A DNA stretch of 64,000 nt from Eledone cirrhosa (GCA_964016885.1 OZ024744.1:112778001-112842000), one strand, 5' to 3'. Positions 14,393 through 29,248 are shown, counted from the stretch's first letter. The notes: generated from the sequence alone by a model not told the origin. Numbers and translations are program-made.

Positions 14393-14875
14393 ATATATTT
14401 ATTGATAATAACAACAATTCAAAATTACAGGTCTGTTTGGGAACAGAGTTCAAATTGACCAATGAAAACACAAAAAGTTTATACAGTTAGGTGTGTGTAT
14501 ATATGTAAGTAACTTCGTTCACAGATATGCATAAAAATATATGTTCACATGCATACGCATGCCGAAAAGATGTATGTAAATACAAAAATTTAGGGCTAAT
14601 GTCTCTGTATGTTTATAATCTACAGATAAAATACATATACTCATATAAACATATAAATATAAAAATAAATATATACACATTCATATACTCACACATATAC
14701 ATACATTCACACACACACGCGCGCGTATACGCATAAATATACACACAACCACGAACATACATACACACACACACACCCACACACATATATGTGTATATAC
14801 TATTATCATAAGCATATGGACATTAATGCGCGCACATAAACACTGCCACACACATTTAGATCCAGATACAGAAAG

Positions 14876-14968
<93 letters not shown>

Positions 14969-15113
14969 CAATAATATGACCCTCCCCAAGTATAACAATA
15001 TATATATATATATCATCATCATCGTTTTATGTCTGCTTTTCCCTGTTTGCAAGGGTGGGACGGGTCCTATTCAGTACACCATATTTTCACTTGTCACAGT
15101 CCTTCATCATTTC

Positions 15114-15168
<55 letters not shown>

Positions 15169-15184
15169 GGAGGTACACAATATT

Positions 15185-15254
<70 letters not shown>

Positions 15255-15256
<2 letters not shown>

Positions 15257-15372
15257 CATGACTCATACACTGTTCATTTTCCTGACATTTGTACATTATT
15301 CTATGTACTATACATGCACCTTTGATGAGTTGTAGTGCACCTGAGCACTGTACACAATAATTTCATTATTAC
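15255..15372 (+). mobile_element. 3' tail of a CR1/L2-like LINE family (same as 50345-50465)
   Basis: ATCATGACTCATACACTG...GTACACAATAATTTCATTATT is shared. Confidence 0.75.
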
Positions 15373-15631
15373 ACTGTGTGTTGTGGCATGATAAGTTATC
15401 TAAGGTGACATCAGCTACAGCAACATCAATAATATGTGGCTGAACGTGTAACACATGATGGCTTCTACTGTGTATGTAGTATGTATGTATGTATGTATGT
15501 ATGTATGTATGTATGTATGTATGTATGTATGTATGTATGTATGTATGTATGTATGTATGTATGTGTGGGGGGTGTACAAGTCTATATGTGTAAATATATG
15601 TTCTCCCTTTCTCTTAATTTTGAGTTTATTT

Positions 15632-16200
15632 TCACCTTCCCGGGGGTAATGTTGTAAAGTAAAGGAAATTATCGTCGTCTCCTTTAAATTGTGAGAATGT
15701 TTTACAAACTTTGAAGGTTCTAGATATTGCGGCCATTTGTAGATTATAAATTAAGGAACAACAGTCTTTCTCCACAAATCCAAGTTGAGTTATACTTTGG
15801 TCCAGGCGGGTTAATTTTGTATTCCTAAGTGCATTCCAGATAGTTCTAACTATCCCATCGTGTCTCATAGGGACGTAGTAGCGAGACGACATTCTTTTGC
15901 AGTTGGCAACAATGTGGCTAACATCTTCAATCTTTGTTTTACACAGCCTACATCTGTTGTTGACTGATGGCCCTCCTCTTTTGTGTAGCAGATATTTGGT
16001 AAAGATTTCTTGTTCCTGTATTGCATAGACATATCCTTCAAGGTGAGATGTCTTAAACTTGTCGGAACTCCATGTTAGACTATTACTGTGGTTTAACCCC
16101 TCTATGGTCTGTGTTCTTCTCAAGTACCCATGTACAACCCTTTCAGTGAATTGATCCATTTTTTATTTTGTTCTAGCATTGAGTAGAGTCCTCCAATGTT
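15632..16200 (-). mobile_element. Internally deleted RLE-type (R4/Dong-like) non-LTR fragment
   Basis: EGYVYAIQEQ...CRLCKTKIEDVSHIVANC...RHD zinc-knuckle region, homologous to 24410-25800. Confidence 0.8.
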
Positions 16201-16274
16201 CCTGGGAGAGAAATTTGTATCATGCTCATAAGCCTGGGCAAGATGGCTGCTGAACATTTTCTTCTGCTGAGGAT

Positions 16275-16385
16275 GTTGTTCAAATCCCGCCTAGGTTAAC
16301 TTTATCTTTCATCACTACGGGGTCGATAAAATAAAATACCAGTAATACACTGGGATAATTGCTGGCCTTGTGCCACAAGCAATTA
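16275..16385 (+). mobile_element. Partial tRNA-derived SINE (B box plus 3' part)
   Basis: GTTCAAATCCCGCC...GGGTCGATAAAATAAAATACCAGT...GGCCTTGTGCC. Confidence 0.8.
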
Positions 16386-16469
16386 TACAGGGACAAGATA
16401 GTATGTTCTATGTACACACACACGTAAAATCAAACCGATTTCTAATTTCTAATAAAAAGCAAAGAAATA

Positions 16470-19010
16470 ATGATTACTTCATTAACCACAAAGGGCTTAC
16501 AAAAAATTCATTAAGGACAGCACAGGACGGAACAAATGAAAATATGTAAAAAAAATGAAAACAAAGGAAAATACCTAATAGAGGGAAGGCCAACTATATT
16601 TATTTATTCACCACAAAGGGTTTACATAAAGAAAAGATTAGGATTACACATGACGAAAACAGTGTGTGGGTTTGCGTGTAAACAGGTTTAATTATAAAAG
16701 AAAAGTAACAATAAAACATTGTATCAATAGAGATTCCTCCATAGGGAGGAGGCATTCGAGGGTTGTTCATGGGAAAAAAAGCCATAAAACCACAGGTGTC
16801 CTGATCTCTAGGGCAAGTGCCCTCTCCCACTTGTCCTCTTTCAATCTACAGGCTCGAACTCAGAGTGGACCCATACACCCGGGCCATGTTCGCCTCTCTC
16901 ACCCACCTTACAACAAAATGCTTGGCCGACCCTTCCTGACTAAAGGAAGGCGATCTTTATAATGGACTCACCTGATAACAATATTCATCCTACATGCGAC
17001 AAGAGTTGTTTTTAGTTCGCGTGGGATGCACCTCAACGTATCTAATTTGTGCAGTAGTGACTCAAGAGTCAGTACATACAACAGTGATGAGAGGAGACAA
17101 CCGTTGTGGACCAAGCGCCCGATGCTGAACAGTTCTGAGAGGTGACTGTTCACTGATCCCTGAACAGATGTCGCTGTGCATAGCAGTGATCCATCCTCTG
17201 AAAACAAACGCGAAGCCTTGAGAACCACCACCAGGTACCAATCGTCGTCCTATCAGGACTTCACCCATGTCAGGATTCTTAGCCACACTCTCTAAAAGGC
17301 CGCACACATCTGCTTGGGATCTCTATTGATACCATTCGCCCGTTATGATGCACCAAAGATCTGATTGAGGCTGTGTTGCCACGCCACGCCTCCGCCACTC
17401 GGGCCCATTGAACGGCTTTCCTCCTCACATGCCGAAAAGCGCACACCTTAGCTCTGACCACGCAGCCTTTGTGCTTAGCATTGAAGAATTGGTCTAGGAC
17501 CAATCTCACCGCAAGAACGTTGGTTGCGATGCCTTTGCTAATTGCCTCTTCAATGATTTTCACTAGTTCCCTCTCTACTCTAGTTTTCTCTATTGTAGCG
17601 GCTTTGCTAAACCTTATCGATTCTACTATAATCGTCCTTTTCATGGCGTTCCCCTATTTGTTGATGACGATTGCTCCCGTCAACGCCTGCTTAACTAAAT
17701 CCCTAATCCAGTCTCGGTAGGCTTTGCCTGCGGAAAATGATGTGTTTGGCTTCTTCCAGTAACTAGGTCCTTGCCTGTGTAGCCTATCTAGGTTGACTAC
17801 ACAGAGGCTTTCTTTAATGAAGAGGGAGAAAGAGTGAGAAGGAGCACTCGCCTTAGATTTTGGGGAAGAAAGGACGGTTGATCCGTTGAAGTCTCCTGCA
17901 CCGAAATGTCTGTATAAATTATTTGGGAGAGCGTCCCTCGGAAGTATCCAATTTAATCGGGAAATTGGGATATTAAATGTGTTTTATGTGATTTCTATGA
18001 TTTCTATATTTATAGATAGCGTGATTTTTTGGGGTGCGATAAAGTATTTTCCTCTAATTGTAGTAATAGTTCAATAGTTTTGTGTTGTTAGTGTTTATTA
18101 CTGTGTAGTGTGTGATATTTGCATGTTTTTGTTGTATTTGCTGTTGTTGTGGTGTTGATGCTGATAGTGGTGGGGGGGTGTAGAGGGTGTAGGTGGTGGG
18201 GTGTAGAGGTGGGTGTAGGTGGCGGGGTGTAGGTGGCGGGGTGTAGGTGGTGGGGATGTAGATAGTGGTGGGGGTGTAGATACTGGTGGTGGGGTGTAGG
18301 TGGTGGGGTGTAGATGGTGGGGGTGTAGATGTATGAATATTTTTCACCCTTTTTTTTAAAATGAAGACAAGATTTTTTCGTTTTTTTTAACTTTTTTTTT
18401 TGTTTTGTGTGTGTTTTTTTTTGTTTTTTTTGTGTGTGTGTTTTTTTTTGGGGGGGGGGGAGGATACTTGCCACTCCCCTCCCTGGCCAGGATTTAGGTC
18501 CCACTCTGTGACGTCGAGGAGGGGCATGTCTTCAATGGGCATTGGTGTTGGCAGTTCTGTAGGCGGGTGTTGCTGTTCCAGATGTTGCTGTTGTTCTGAA
18601 GATGTTATATTCTGGGTTTTGGTGGTTGTTAGGGTTTTCTCTCTGTCAGTGATTGGTAGAAAGACAAATGAAACACTTGGCCTTCCTCCTTTCTACCCCA
18701 ATGGGTAGGATGATGCCGCCTGGGATATGTATTTGGTCGGGAACGGTGTCTACATTCTTTTGCGTGATTTGGATAAGGATTTCAATCCCCCCCCCCCCCC
18801 CCCCCATCCCCGATAATATGTTGTTGTTGTTGGTGGTGAAGCTAGTGCTCACTTATGGCGGTGGAAAATTATAATAATCACCTGCCTCGCTACCATTACA
18901 ACTGCTGTTGTTGTTGTTGTTGTTGTTGGCGACGGTAGCCTTGGTGGTGATGATGGTGGTGACGTCGTTATTCTCGTTTTTCCTGTACATGTTGAAGTTC
19001 TTCCTGGGAG
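16470..19010 (-). mobile_element. Degenerate, internally deleted Tx1/L1-like element
   Basis: Fragments match the element at 29249-34860: ESIRFSK...FFNAKHKGCVVRA; ILPIGVERRKAKCFIC (ORF1 knuckle); GAGDFNGS; similar 3' end CCACAAAGGG...GCACAGGACGG. Confidence 0.8.
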
Positions 19011-20657
19011 AAGAATCTATGGCTTTAACACTAACTTCTTTATAATTGCAAACAAGTTACATCAAATTTAGTCTACAAAAATATCATATTTATAATATTA
19101 TCTCATGTAGAATACTGAGTATGATGTGTAAAATTATTTTACTTTAGGCTTCATTGTCTATAGAAAATTTTGATTTCATATTACACAAATATACAAGCAC
19201 ACACATATTTAACTATAACACTGAGCCCCAACCATTAACGTTAACCATTAATTCACTGGGTCATTTTACGCCTGTTCTGTCCATACTTGTATGCATGAGT
19301 CATACACGTGTCTCCTGCATACATTCAGTCCACTTAATGCATTCTTCCATAATCTCCTGCCATATGCAACGTTCTCAAATTACCTCTCAACTTCCTCGGT
19401 CTTCCAATTCCATAGGACACTATTGAAACTTTTTTCACAAAACCAGCAGCGTCTGTTGGTATCATCTGACCATAGCAATGTAATCTCCTCCCTTGCACAC
19501 TCTAGCTTATTCCCAACTAATCCCAACCTCACAATTCATGCACACCATCATTGATGCTATTAAAAAATGTGCAACGATAACATTAAATGTTAGAAATAAT
19601 TTTTAAACTTGAAGTTACCAGAGACGGCATCATAACTAAGTAATCCTATTTAATATTTAGAACATTCCAGGTCAGTTATACAATACCTATTAACATAAAA
19701 CAAATGTATAGATCAGAGAAATAAATACTAACCCTCAACTCTACACTGAGATATAGCACCAGTGACCGAACACCAAAATAATTACCCTAATTCTAAATTA
19801 CCTTTTCTAGAGTAACCGTTAAACCCTATCAAAGTCTAATCCCTAAATTAAGACTCTAAAGCTAAGTCCAATCAAACCCCTCTCTAAAACCATCCACTGT
19901 CATAGCCCAAACTTTAACATATATTAACGGTCCATGCACCAAATCAAATTTATTAATATCAAGCCAAATATGCATGATATAGGGGAGATAAGTCTTAAAG
20001 CATGCAGCTAAAAAATTGTGCAAGCAATTGTCACTACTCAGTTATCTCCCTTGCTGGTTCTAGTTATTCAGTTTGCATGCAATAAAATTCCAATATCATC
20101 AAAGAAACATTAACTTTGACCCTAACCCTAAATATTAATTATCCTTCACAGTTAACCTTACCTTACCCCCTACATCCTAACAGTTGAGATTAACAGTTAA
20201 TTGACATGGGTCTTCTCCAGCATAGCTTCAGTCTAATTGTTGTTATTTCATTGTTTCCTGCTGCAGGGTCAGCATTTTGAAATCAGGTTTCGTCATTACT
20301 GACGTCTTCACTCTTCCTCTTCAACTGTGTCCTTCCACTCCAAGCCACTGATAATTCTTCACACATTAATCATCATCCATATGTATCAAGTGTCCATACC
20401 AGTGATATTTCCTCCCCTGCACACTGCATCAGATTAGTAGTAAATTTTAAAAAAATAAAAAAAATAAAAAAAATAAAAAAAATAAAAAATAAAAAATATA
20501 TATATATACACACACATACATATACATACACATATATTAATAACAATAATAAAAATAATAATAATAATAATAACAACAATAATAATAACGACAACAACAA
20601 TAATAATATACATATACATATATATACACACACACACACGCACACACATAAACATAC

Positions 20658-20694
<37 letters not shown>

Positions 20695-20695
<1 letters not shown>

Positions 20696-23600
20696 TAGCA
20701 ACTAACAGCGCTGCGATCGAATGTGGCTGTTTAGCCCAGCCAATGATCTAAAATGTCTTGCACAGAGTCGGCAACCAAAACATTCACTGGGAATAGTCGG
20801 CTGTGGCTGGAGTTCGTGTACTTTTGCATGTCGCTTGAGCCCTCCTGCTGATTTACATTCTCTACCACATGTTTGGCAAGCATGATGAGTAGCATCTCTA
20901 ACAGTAGCCTGGTTACTTTATGACTGCGAAGATGACTTTCGAGTCCAGCTTTGCTTAGGCAGAGTCTCGCTTAGACGCTGCATGTCAGCACCATAGGAGG
21001 ACCCTCGCCGACTGAAAGTGCAACAGCAATGCCCTTCCTCACATCCCACTTTACTTTCTCGTATGCGTCAAAGGCAACTTTTCCCTCATATACAGTCTTT
21101 CTCCATTTATTACGATCAGCAGCAATATTTTCCCATATATCAGCAGAGATGTTAGCGTCTTTCAGAGAGGCTTTCAAGGAATCCTTATACCTCTTTTTTG
21201 GTTTATGTGGCGGTCGTTTTCCTTTTATTAACTCTCCATAAAAGAGTTGTTTTGGTATTCTAGAATCCTTCATCCTGGCAAGGTGACCACTCCAACGGAG
21301 TCGTTGCTTAAGCACAAGAGCTTCTATACTGTCACACATAGAGCTTTCCAAAATCTCGACATCACTGATGTGGTCCCTCCAGTGAACGCCATGGATCCGT
21401 CTGAGACACATCTGATGGAAACGCTCCAATTGCTTAAGGTGGTGTCGATATGTGACCCAGGTCTCGCAGGTATAAAGAAGACAAGAGAGCACACATGACT
21501 TGTCTACCTGGGAAGCACTGTCAATCGATACGGCAACCTTGACAGTGAAATCTCACTTAGGATTAGGAAAGTAAGTGATGCTTTCGGAAAGCCAGAAAGG
21601 CGACGCTGGGGTCGGCAAGACTTATGCAGGAGGACAAAGACTATGTCCTCCTGCATATGTCTCGCCGACCGCAGAGTCGCCTTTCTAGCTTTCCGAAAGC
21701 ATCACTTACTTTCCTAATCCTAAGTGAGATTTCACTATCAAGGTTGCTGTATCGATTGACAGTACTTCCCAGGTAAACAAACTGATCAACCACTCTAAGT
21801 CGTTTACCATACACATAGATATTTGGTTCAGTGTACTGCTTACCAGGGGCAGGTTAGTACATGACGACGGTTTTCTTGAGACTGACAGTCAATCTTAGGG
21901 CAGTGCAAGCGTCAGAAAATGCATTCAAAATGTGCAGCATATCACTCTCTGTGTGCGCTACAAGATCGCAATCATCTGCATACAAGAGGTCTCTTATGAT
22001 TGATGTAAATACTTTTGTCTTTGTAGCAAAGCGCCTGATGTTAAATATGCTGCCCGAGGTTCGATATCGGTTGTAAACACCATGCTCGCAATTCCTGAAT
22101 GCAATACAGAAAACCATTGCAAAGTATATGGCAAACAGGGTCGGTGCTGGAATATCCCCCTGTTTCACTCCATTTTTTACTGAGATAGGCTCCGACATGT
22201 TACCCCCGACATTAACCCAAGCCTTCATGTCGTCATGGAAAGATCTAACTAAAGCAAGGAACTTATCAGGGCAACCAAGTTACTGGAGAACCTTCCATAA
22301 TACATCTCTGTTAACAGTATCGAAAGCTTTTGTCAGATCGACAAAAACCTGATACAGATCCAAACCTTGTTCCATGCACTTCTCCTGGAGCTGTCTAGCT
22401 GAGAAGATCATATCAGTAGTGCCGCGTCCAGCACGAAAACCAGATTGACTTTCAGGAAAAACACAATCTGCAATGTGTGTCAGCAGACGGTCCAGAAGCA
22501 CACTACATAACACTTTCCCTACGACAGAAAGCAATGATATACCTCTGTAGTTCCCACAATCATTCCTGTTACCCTTTCCCTTGTACAAGACCACCACTAC
22601 TGCATCTCTCCAGTCCTCAGGTACGCATTCATTAGCCCATATACTGCCAAACAAATAGTGAAGATGTTGCAGTAGTCTCTCACCTCCATATTGTAGGAGC
22701 TCAGCATGTATGCCATCCATACCTGGAGACCTTCCACTGTTCAGCTTCGAGATAGCCACTGCAACCTCCACAAGCGTCGGAGGTTCTGCGAGAGCTACTT
22801 TCACAGGACTTTCTGGAATGAGATTGAGGAAATCTTCACTGACGACAGACGGCTGATTCAAAAGATCATCAAAGTGCTCTCTCCACCTTCGTAGAATTCC
22901 TTGTGAGTCACGAAGAAGTTCTTTGCCATCCTTGCTGCGAAGCGGTGTCACCAGAGAAGAAGACGGTCCATAAACCTCACGCAAGAGACTGTACAACAGC
23001 TTTGTGTTATTGGAATCAGACGCAGTTTGTATCTCACCAGCCTTCTCACTCCACCACTGATCCTTCATCTGAGAAAGACTCCGCCTAACACGTGATTTTA
23101 CATCCTTGAGTTCCTCATGCAACGTATTCCTCTCGTGTGGTTTTGCCGTCAAGTAGCGTGACAGGCACGCCTCTTATCAGCCAACAAGTCTTCTATATGT
23201 ACATCATTCTCATTAAACCAGTCCTGATGTTTTCTCTGCATCAATCCCAGAACACGCCTGCCTACATCATAAACCGACTTTTTAATCCTCACCAAGATCT
23301 GCAGCCTGCATCTCTTCTTCCAATGTCCTCTTCACATTTTTATCCTTAAGACGAGCAGCATTCAATCTTTTGGGCAGGACAGCACCAGGAGCCCGGATTT
23401 TACGTTTAGAGATTAGTTTCACTTTTGCGCGTACCAGGCGGTGGTCCGTCCAGAACTCAGCTCCACGAAGAACACGAACACACTGCACATCCTGTCTGTC
23501 ACGCATCCTGACTAGGACGTAGTCCAAAAGATGCCATTCCTTAGATGCAGGATGCATCCATGTGGTCTTGATTTTGTTCTTTTGTTGGAACATGGTGTTG

Positions 23601-24250
23601 GTAACACACAGATCCAGCTCCTCACACATCTGCAGCAGGAGCATACCATTGTTGTTACACTTTCCCACCCCATGCCTTCCGATTACATTCCATGTGTTAA
23701 AATCCCTACCCACTCTAGCATTAAAGTCACCAAGCACGGTGACTTTGTCTGCCTGAGGGATATTTCTTAAAACACCTTTCAAGGCATGGTAAAAGGACAC
23801 TTTTTCTTCATCGACAGAATTCATAGTTGGAGCATACACACTCACCAGGGTAGCATATCTTCCTTTGTCCAGCGGAATTCTCATGGGCATGAGACGCTCA
23901 CTAATCCCTACTGGGAATTCTTCTAATTTATTCACAAGAACAGTCTTAACAGCAAATCCTACCCCAGCCTCTCTTCTGGTTCCTTCATCTCTTCCTTTCC
24001 AGAAGAATGTATATTCTCCACAAAATTCTGTAAGATGACCATCTCCAGCTAACCTCGTCTTAGATAAAGCTACGATGTCAAGATCGTAACGTCGAAGCTC
24101 CTTTGCAACAAGAGCGGTCCTTCGTTCAGGACGCTCCAAGGAATCCCTATCAAGCAGCGTCCGTACGTTCCAGCAGCCAAGACTAAATGCCTTATTTGGC
24201 TCTATTACAATGGCACGATGACGAGCGGGCCCAGGCTGTGATAACCTGGG
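20695..24250 (-). mobile_element. Near-full-length RTE-clade (BovB-like) LINE: APE endonuclease + RT + C-terminal C2H2-like fingers, several frameshifts
   Basis: GCWNVRTLLD...ERRTALVAKELRRYDLDIVALS; LGDFNARVG; TDHRLV; NYRGISLLS; FVDLTKAFDTV; GVKQG; LYADD; LRWSGH..RMKDSRIPKQLFYGEL; ends at a (TG)n tract. Confidence 0.95.
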
Positions 24251-24381
24251 GCTCCTGCCCTTATTGCCAATTATCTTTTTTGTTCCAGAACCTAAATTGC
24301 CAATTATCTCTTTTATATTGTTCTGGAACATCATTGAATTGGGGACAAAAAAAAAAAAAAAAAAGTAATAATAATAGTAAC

Positions 24382-24409
<28 letters not shown>

Positions 24410-24412
<3 letters not shown>

Positions 24413-25875
24413 TTGTTGACACTGTCCGTATTTTCAGCAGTGATATATGTATGCAGTTTGGTATTGGTAAATGTGGAGTCATTGTGATGAGGAGGGGTAG
24501 GTTGAGCAGAAGTAACGGGATCCAGATACCAACAGGTGAGATGATAAAGGAAATTGACTCTGAGGAAGGATACAAGTATTTGGGCGTTCTGGAGGCTGAT
24601 GGCATAAAGAACAAAAAAATGAAGGAACTGTTAAGAACTGAATACATTCGGAGAGTAAGGAGCGTATTGAAGTCACATCTGAACAGCAGAAATGCCATAA
24701 GCGCAGTAAATTCCCGAGCTGTGTCTATTATTAGGTACAGTGCGGGAATTCTGAGATGGAATGTTGCTGAGCAAAAAGAAATGGATAGGAAGACTAGGAA
24801 GCTATTGACTATCTACAACATGTTCCACAAGAGGAGTGATGTCGATAGACTCTACCTAAGGAGATCTGAGGGTGGAAGAGGTCTTATCAGCATAGAGGAC
24901 TGTGTTCAGATGGAGAAAAACAACCTAAACAAATACGTGACCTATAGTAAGGAGCCAATGCTCAGAACTGTACTGAAGGAGGGGACAGTAGGCCAGGGGA
25001 TGTCCAAGGAGGAAATAACATCAAGGAGGAAGAGCAGCCTTAAGGGAAAATCCCTTCATAGTACCTTCTTTGAGAAAACTGAATTTAGAGATCCACAGAC
25101 ATGGAACTGGTTGAGAAGAGGAGACCTCAAAAAGGCTACAGAAGGAATGCTAATGGCTGCGCAGGAGCAGGCCCTCAAAACGAAGTGGTTGAAGCACCAT
25201 ATTTACAAGGAGGAGGCTAGCCCACTGTGCAGGATCTGTGGAGAGAGAGAGGAGACTGTGGCTCACATTGTGTCCGAGTGTAAACACCTAGCCCAGACCC
25301 ACTATAAGGGCTGGAGACACGATGTGATGGGCAGGGTGATCCACTGGCACCTGTGCAAAGTAAACAATTTACCACATTCTGAGAAATGGTATGAGCATAG
25401 GCCAGAAGCGGTGATGGAGAACAATCAGGTGAAGGTGCTGTGGGATTTTAGGATACAGACGGACAAAAAACTGGAACACAATAGACCTGACCTGGTGGTT
25501 GTGGACAAAGAAAAAAGATCGTGTCTGATTGTGGATGTGGCCTGCCCTTTCGACACGAGAGTGCAAGAGAAGGAGAGGGAGAAAATTAACCGATACCAGG
25601 ACCTAAAGTGGGAGGTGAAAAGGATTTGGAACTGCCATGAAGTCAAAGTGATCCCGATTGTCATAGGCGCACTGGGGACTATCTCCAAAAGTTTCCAGGG
25701 ATGGTTAAAGAAAATCGGCCCCTTCACGCTTTTTGGAACGCTTCAAAAGGCATGCTTGCTTGGAACAGCAAGTACCCTCCGATACGTCCTGAATATCTGA
25801 GGCTGCAGGTAGTGGCTTGATATTCATTCCAACGGACTTTCCAGTTAACCAACATAAATGACTGAGATTCAAGGA
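24410..25875 (+). mobile_element. 5'-truncated Dong/R4-like RLE non-LTR retrotransposon (intact 3' ORF) inserted in (TAA)n
   Basis: FSSDICMQFGIGKC, YKYLG, GGRGL, AAQEQAL, CRIC..ETVAHIVSEC, RHD, NRPDLVV..DVACP, KYxDL-like; (AAT)n on both sides. Confidence 0.92.
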
Positions 25876-25886
25876 ATAACAACAAC

Positions 25887-25990
<104 letters not shown>

Positions 25991-28900
25991 GATCGTAAAT
26001 GATAAATAATGATAAATAATGAGATCGTAAATGATAAAGAAATGAATGAGAATGAACTTGCCAACTTGAAGGATGAAATTATGATCGAATGGATGAAAAT
26101 GAAAGAATCTGACATGGGGCAACGAGACACCCTCCCTAAGATCCAGAACTCCAAACAGAACCAAAAGATAATACACAAGACTAACATAATTCTCAAAAAC
26201 ATTATCATCACAAACAAACTAAACATTACTGATTTAAATCATCTCTATTATGCATCGGCTAAAGTCACCACTCACTTATGTGGAGTGAAGATGAAAAAAC
26301 AAAGGAATTCCCACAAGAAATCTACTTGGCAAGAGAACATCAATCGCCAAATAAACCTTCTCCGATCTGACATAGAAATTTTAACAAACTATAAAGTAGG
26401 TGAACATGTTAAACAAACTAAACTTAGAAAATTGAAAAAAAAGTACAGTATAAAATCAACATGTGACATAGACATGCTGATAGAAATAATCAAGCAAAAA
26501 GTGTCGGCCAAAGCTGCTCGTATAAGGCGCTTTGAAAAACGATCTAGATTCTATAAGGACAATAATATGTTCAAAAACAACCAAAGAAACTTCTACAGAA
26601 AAATTGGTAAGTCAACAATAACTGCTAAATCAATACCACCCAAGGAGGAAGTGCAAGAATTCTGGGAAAAGATCTGGGCCGAAGAAAAAGTTCATAACAT
26701 ACATGCCCCATGGATAGACAGACAAATGAAAGATACAGCTCACCTTGAGGAATAAATATGGGAAAATATAACAGTTGAACAGTTGCGCTTGGCTCTAAGA
26801 AAAACTAGCAAATGGAAATCCCCAGGAAAAGACAAAATACAAAACTTTTGGATAAATGCCTTCACAGAGTCTCATGAGCTGTTAGCCCAACTTTACAATG
26901 AAATAGTTAAGGAGCCAGAAAAGATACCATCGTGGCTAGTTAACGGCATTACATTCCTGCTTCCGAAGAATGATGAGACAAACAATCCCAAAAATTACAG
27001 ACCGATAACTTGCTTGACCACAATGTATAAAATTTTAACATCAGTCCTAACTGAATACACATATGACCACCTGAAAACAAATGACCTATTTCCCATTGAG
27101 CAGAAAGGGTGTAAACGAGGCTCATATGGCTGTAAGGATCAGCTTCTGGTTAACAAAATGATACTGGAAGATTGTCATAATAGACACAAAAATCTATCGA
27201 TTGCTTGGATAGATTATAAAAAAGCATTCGATAGTTTGCCACAGTTGGATTGAAAAATGTTTAGAGATTTTCAAAATATCCCCCGTTGTCAGGAGGTTTT
27301 TGTCATTCAGTATGAAGACATGGAAAACGACACTCCTTTTGATTAGTGAAACAAAATCACTGGAAGCTGGAGAAGTTAATATTAATTGTGGAATTTTTCA
27401 GGGTGACTCTTTATCACCGCTTTTATTCTGCATCGCACTTATACCATTAAGTAAAATGCTCAATGAAACAAAACATGGATATAAAGTCTATGACAAAACC
27501 ATTAATCACTTGTTCTACATGGATGACCTGAAACTATTTGCAAAAAATGATGAACAATTGCAAGGGCTATTATCCACTGTGGAGCAGTTCAGTGATGACA
27601 TTAAAATGGAGTTTGGACTAGATAAATGCGCCAAAGCAACGTTCACCAGAGGAAAGCTGCTGAAGAGTTCAGACATTAATCTTGATCGGGGGAACGTGAT
27701 AAGAGAACTTGATCAAGAAAAACTTACAAATATCTAGGTGTTTGTGAAGGAGACGGAATCAAGCACTCGACAATGAGGGAAAGGATAAGGAAGGAATGTT
27801 ACCGCAGAGTAAGAGCAATCTTAAGAACGGAATTGAATGCAAGGAATAGGATCGATGCCATAAACACGCTTGCCATACCAGTAGTAACCTACAGTTACAA
27901 TGTCATCAACTGGTCAAGCACAGAGATCCGTAGGCTCGATACAAAAATTAGAAAATTCTTAACCATGCACAGAATGCATCACCCTAAGGCAGATATAGAT
28001 AGAATATATCTCCCTAGGGAAGAAGGAGGACGTGGGTTAATCCAGTTAGACATTGCGTTGAAAACTGCAACAATTGGATTATCTAGATATCTAAGGGAAT
28101 CACATGATTGGATGATCAAACTCGTTTTGAAACACGAAAGCATCAAAAGATCATATTCCATTACAAAAGATGCACAAAGATACAGTAATGGACTACAAAT
28201 TTCAGAAGTCCCATTTACTGCTGAAATGGAAAACACAGAAAAAGCAAAGCAGGTAAAAGTAACTGCAAAGAAAGAACTGCTACAGAAACTGGCTAAGAAA
28301 TGGCACGAAAAGCCTCTGTATGGAAAATACCCAGAAAGAGCTAACAATCCTGATGTTGACAAAACTTTAACCCATCAGTGGTTGGCATCCTCTGGACTGA
28401 AATCGGAGACTGAAGGACTGATTATATCGGCACAAGATCAGTGTCTGCCAACAAAAAATTACCAAGCCAACATAATAAAAAATGGGTGCAGCCCATTATG
28501 CCGTGTATGCAAAAAACAACCAGAGACCATTGACCATATAATTTCAATGTGCAGTCCTATAGCTCCGACCGAATACCTAAACAGGCATGACAGAGCTGCA
28601 CAATACATACATTGGATAATGTGTAAGCATTTTGACCTGCCCCATCAAAAGAATTGGTGGGAGCATCAACTACCTCCCATACTTGAAAAAGATCACATCT
28701 CAGACCGAAAAATAGATGCAAACAGACCTGATATAATATTGAAAGACTTTCAAAAGAGGGTATTTGATATGTCTGTTCCAATGCTAATTGATATGTCTGT
28801 TCCAATAGACAAGAATGTATCTATAAAAACATTTGAAAAATTGAGCAAGTATAAGGACCTGGAGATAGAAATTGAAAAAATGTGGAAATTGAGAACTAAA

Positions 28901-29193
28901 ACAATACCAGTGGTTGTAGGCGCTCTGGGAATGATACCTAAGGGGTCTAATGATTACATATCGCAAATCCCAGGAAACCCGCGTATAGGAGAAATACAAA
29001 AGATAGTACTAATGGGAACTGCCCATATACTAAGGAAGATTCTGTCAATATAAGTACATCACAAGTCTAAACACTAAAGATGCATGTGTGAATATGTATG
29101 TTCTTTCTTGAACATGGCGGACCTTGTCTCTTGAGGTCACTGGTTGTGACTTGGTGATAACTCGTATGAACATAAAGCAAGATAAATGCAACT

Positions 29194-29195
<2 letters not shown>
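25991..29195 (+). mobile_element. Second, distinct Dong/R4-like RLE element (RT, CCHC, PD-(D/E)xK), with one stop and two frameshifts, inserted in (TAA)n
   Basis: WKSPGKD, NYRPITCL, WIDYKKAFDS, GIFQGDSLSP, HLFYMDD, CRVC..HIISMC, NRPDII; (AAT)n flanks. Confidence 0.93.
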
Positions 29196-29229
<34 letters not shown>

Positions 29230-29248
29230 GTAATAATAATAATAATGA

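Noticed and set aside
20280-20318. Minus-strand GTGAAGA-C-GTCA(GTAA)TGAC-GAAA
   Set aside because: Stem II is good, but C3 and the cleavage triplet are missing; too degenerate to call
24187-24410. N-terminus of the 537-aa ORF
   Set aside because: Read-through of antisense RTE sequence and (AAT)n; real homology starts at ~24410
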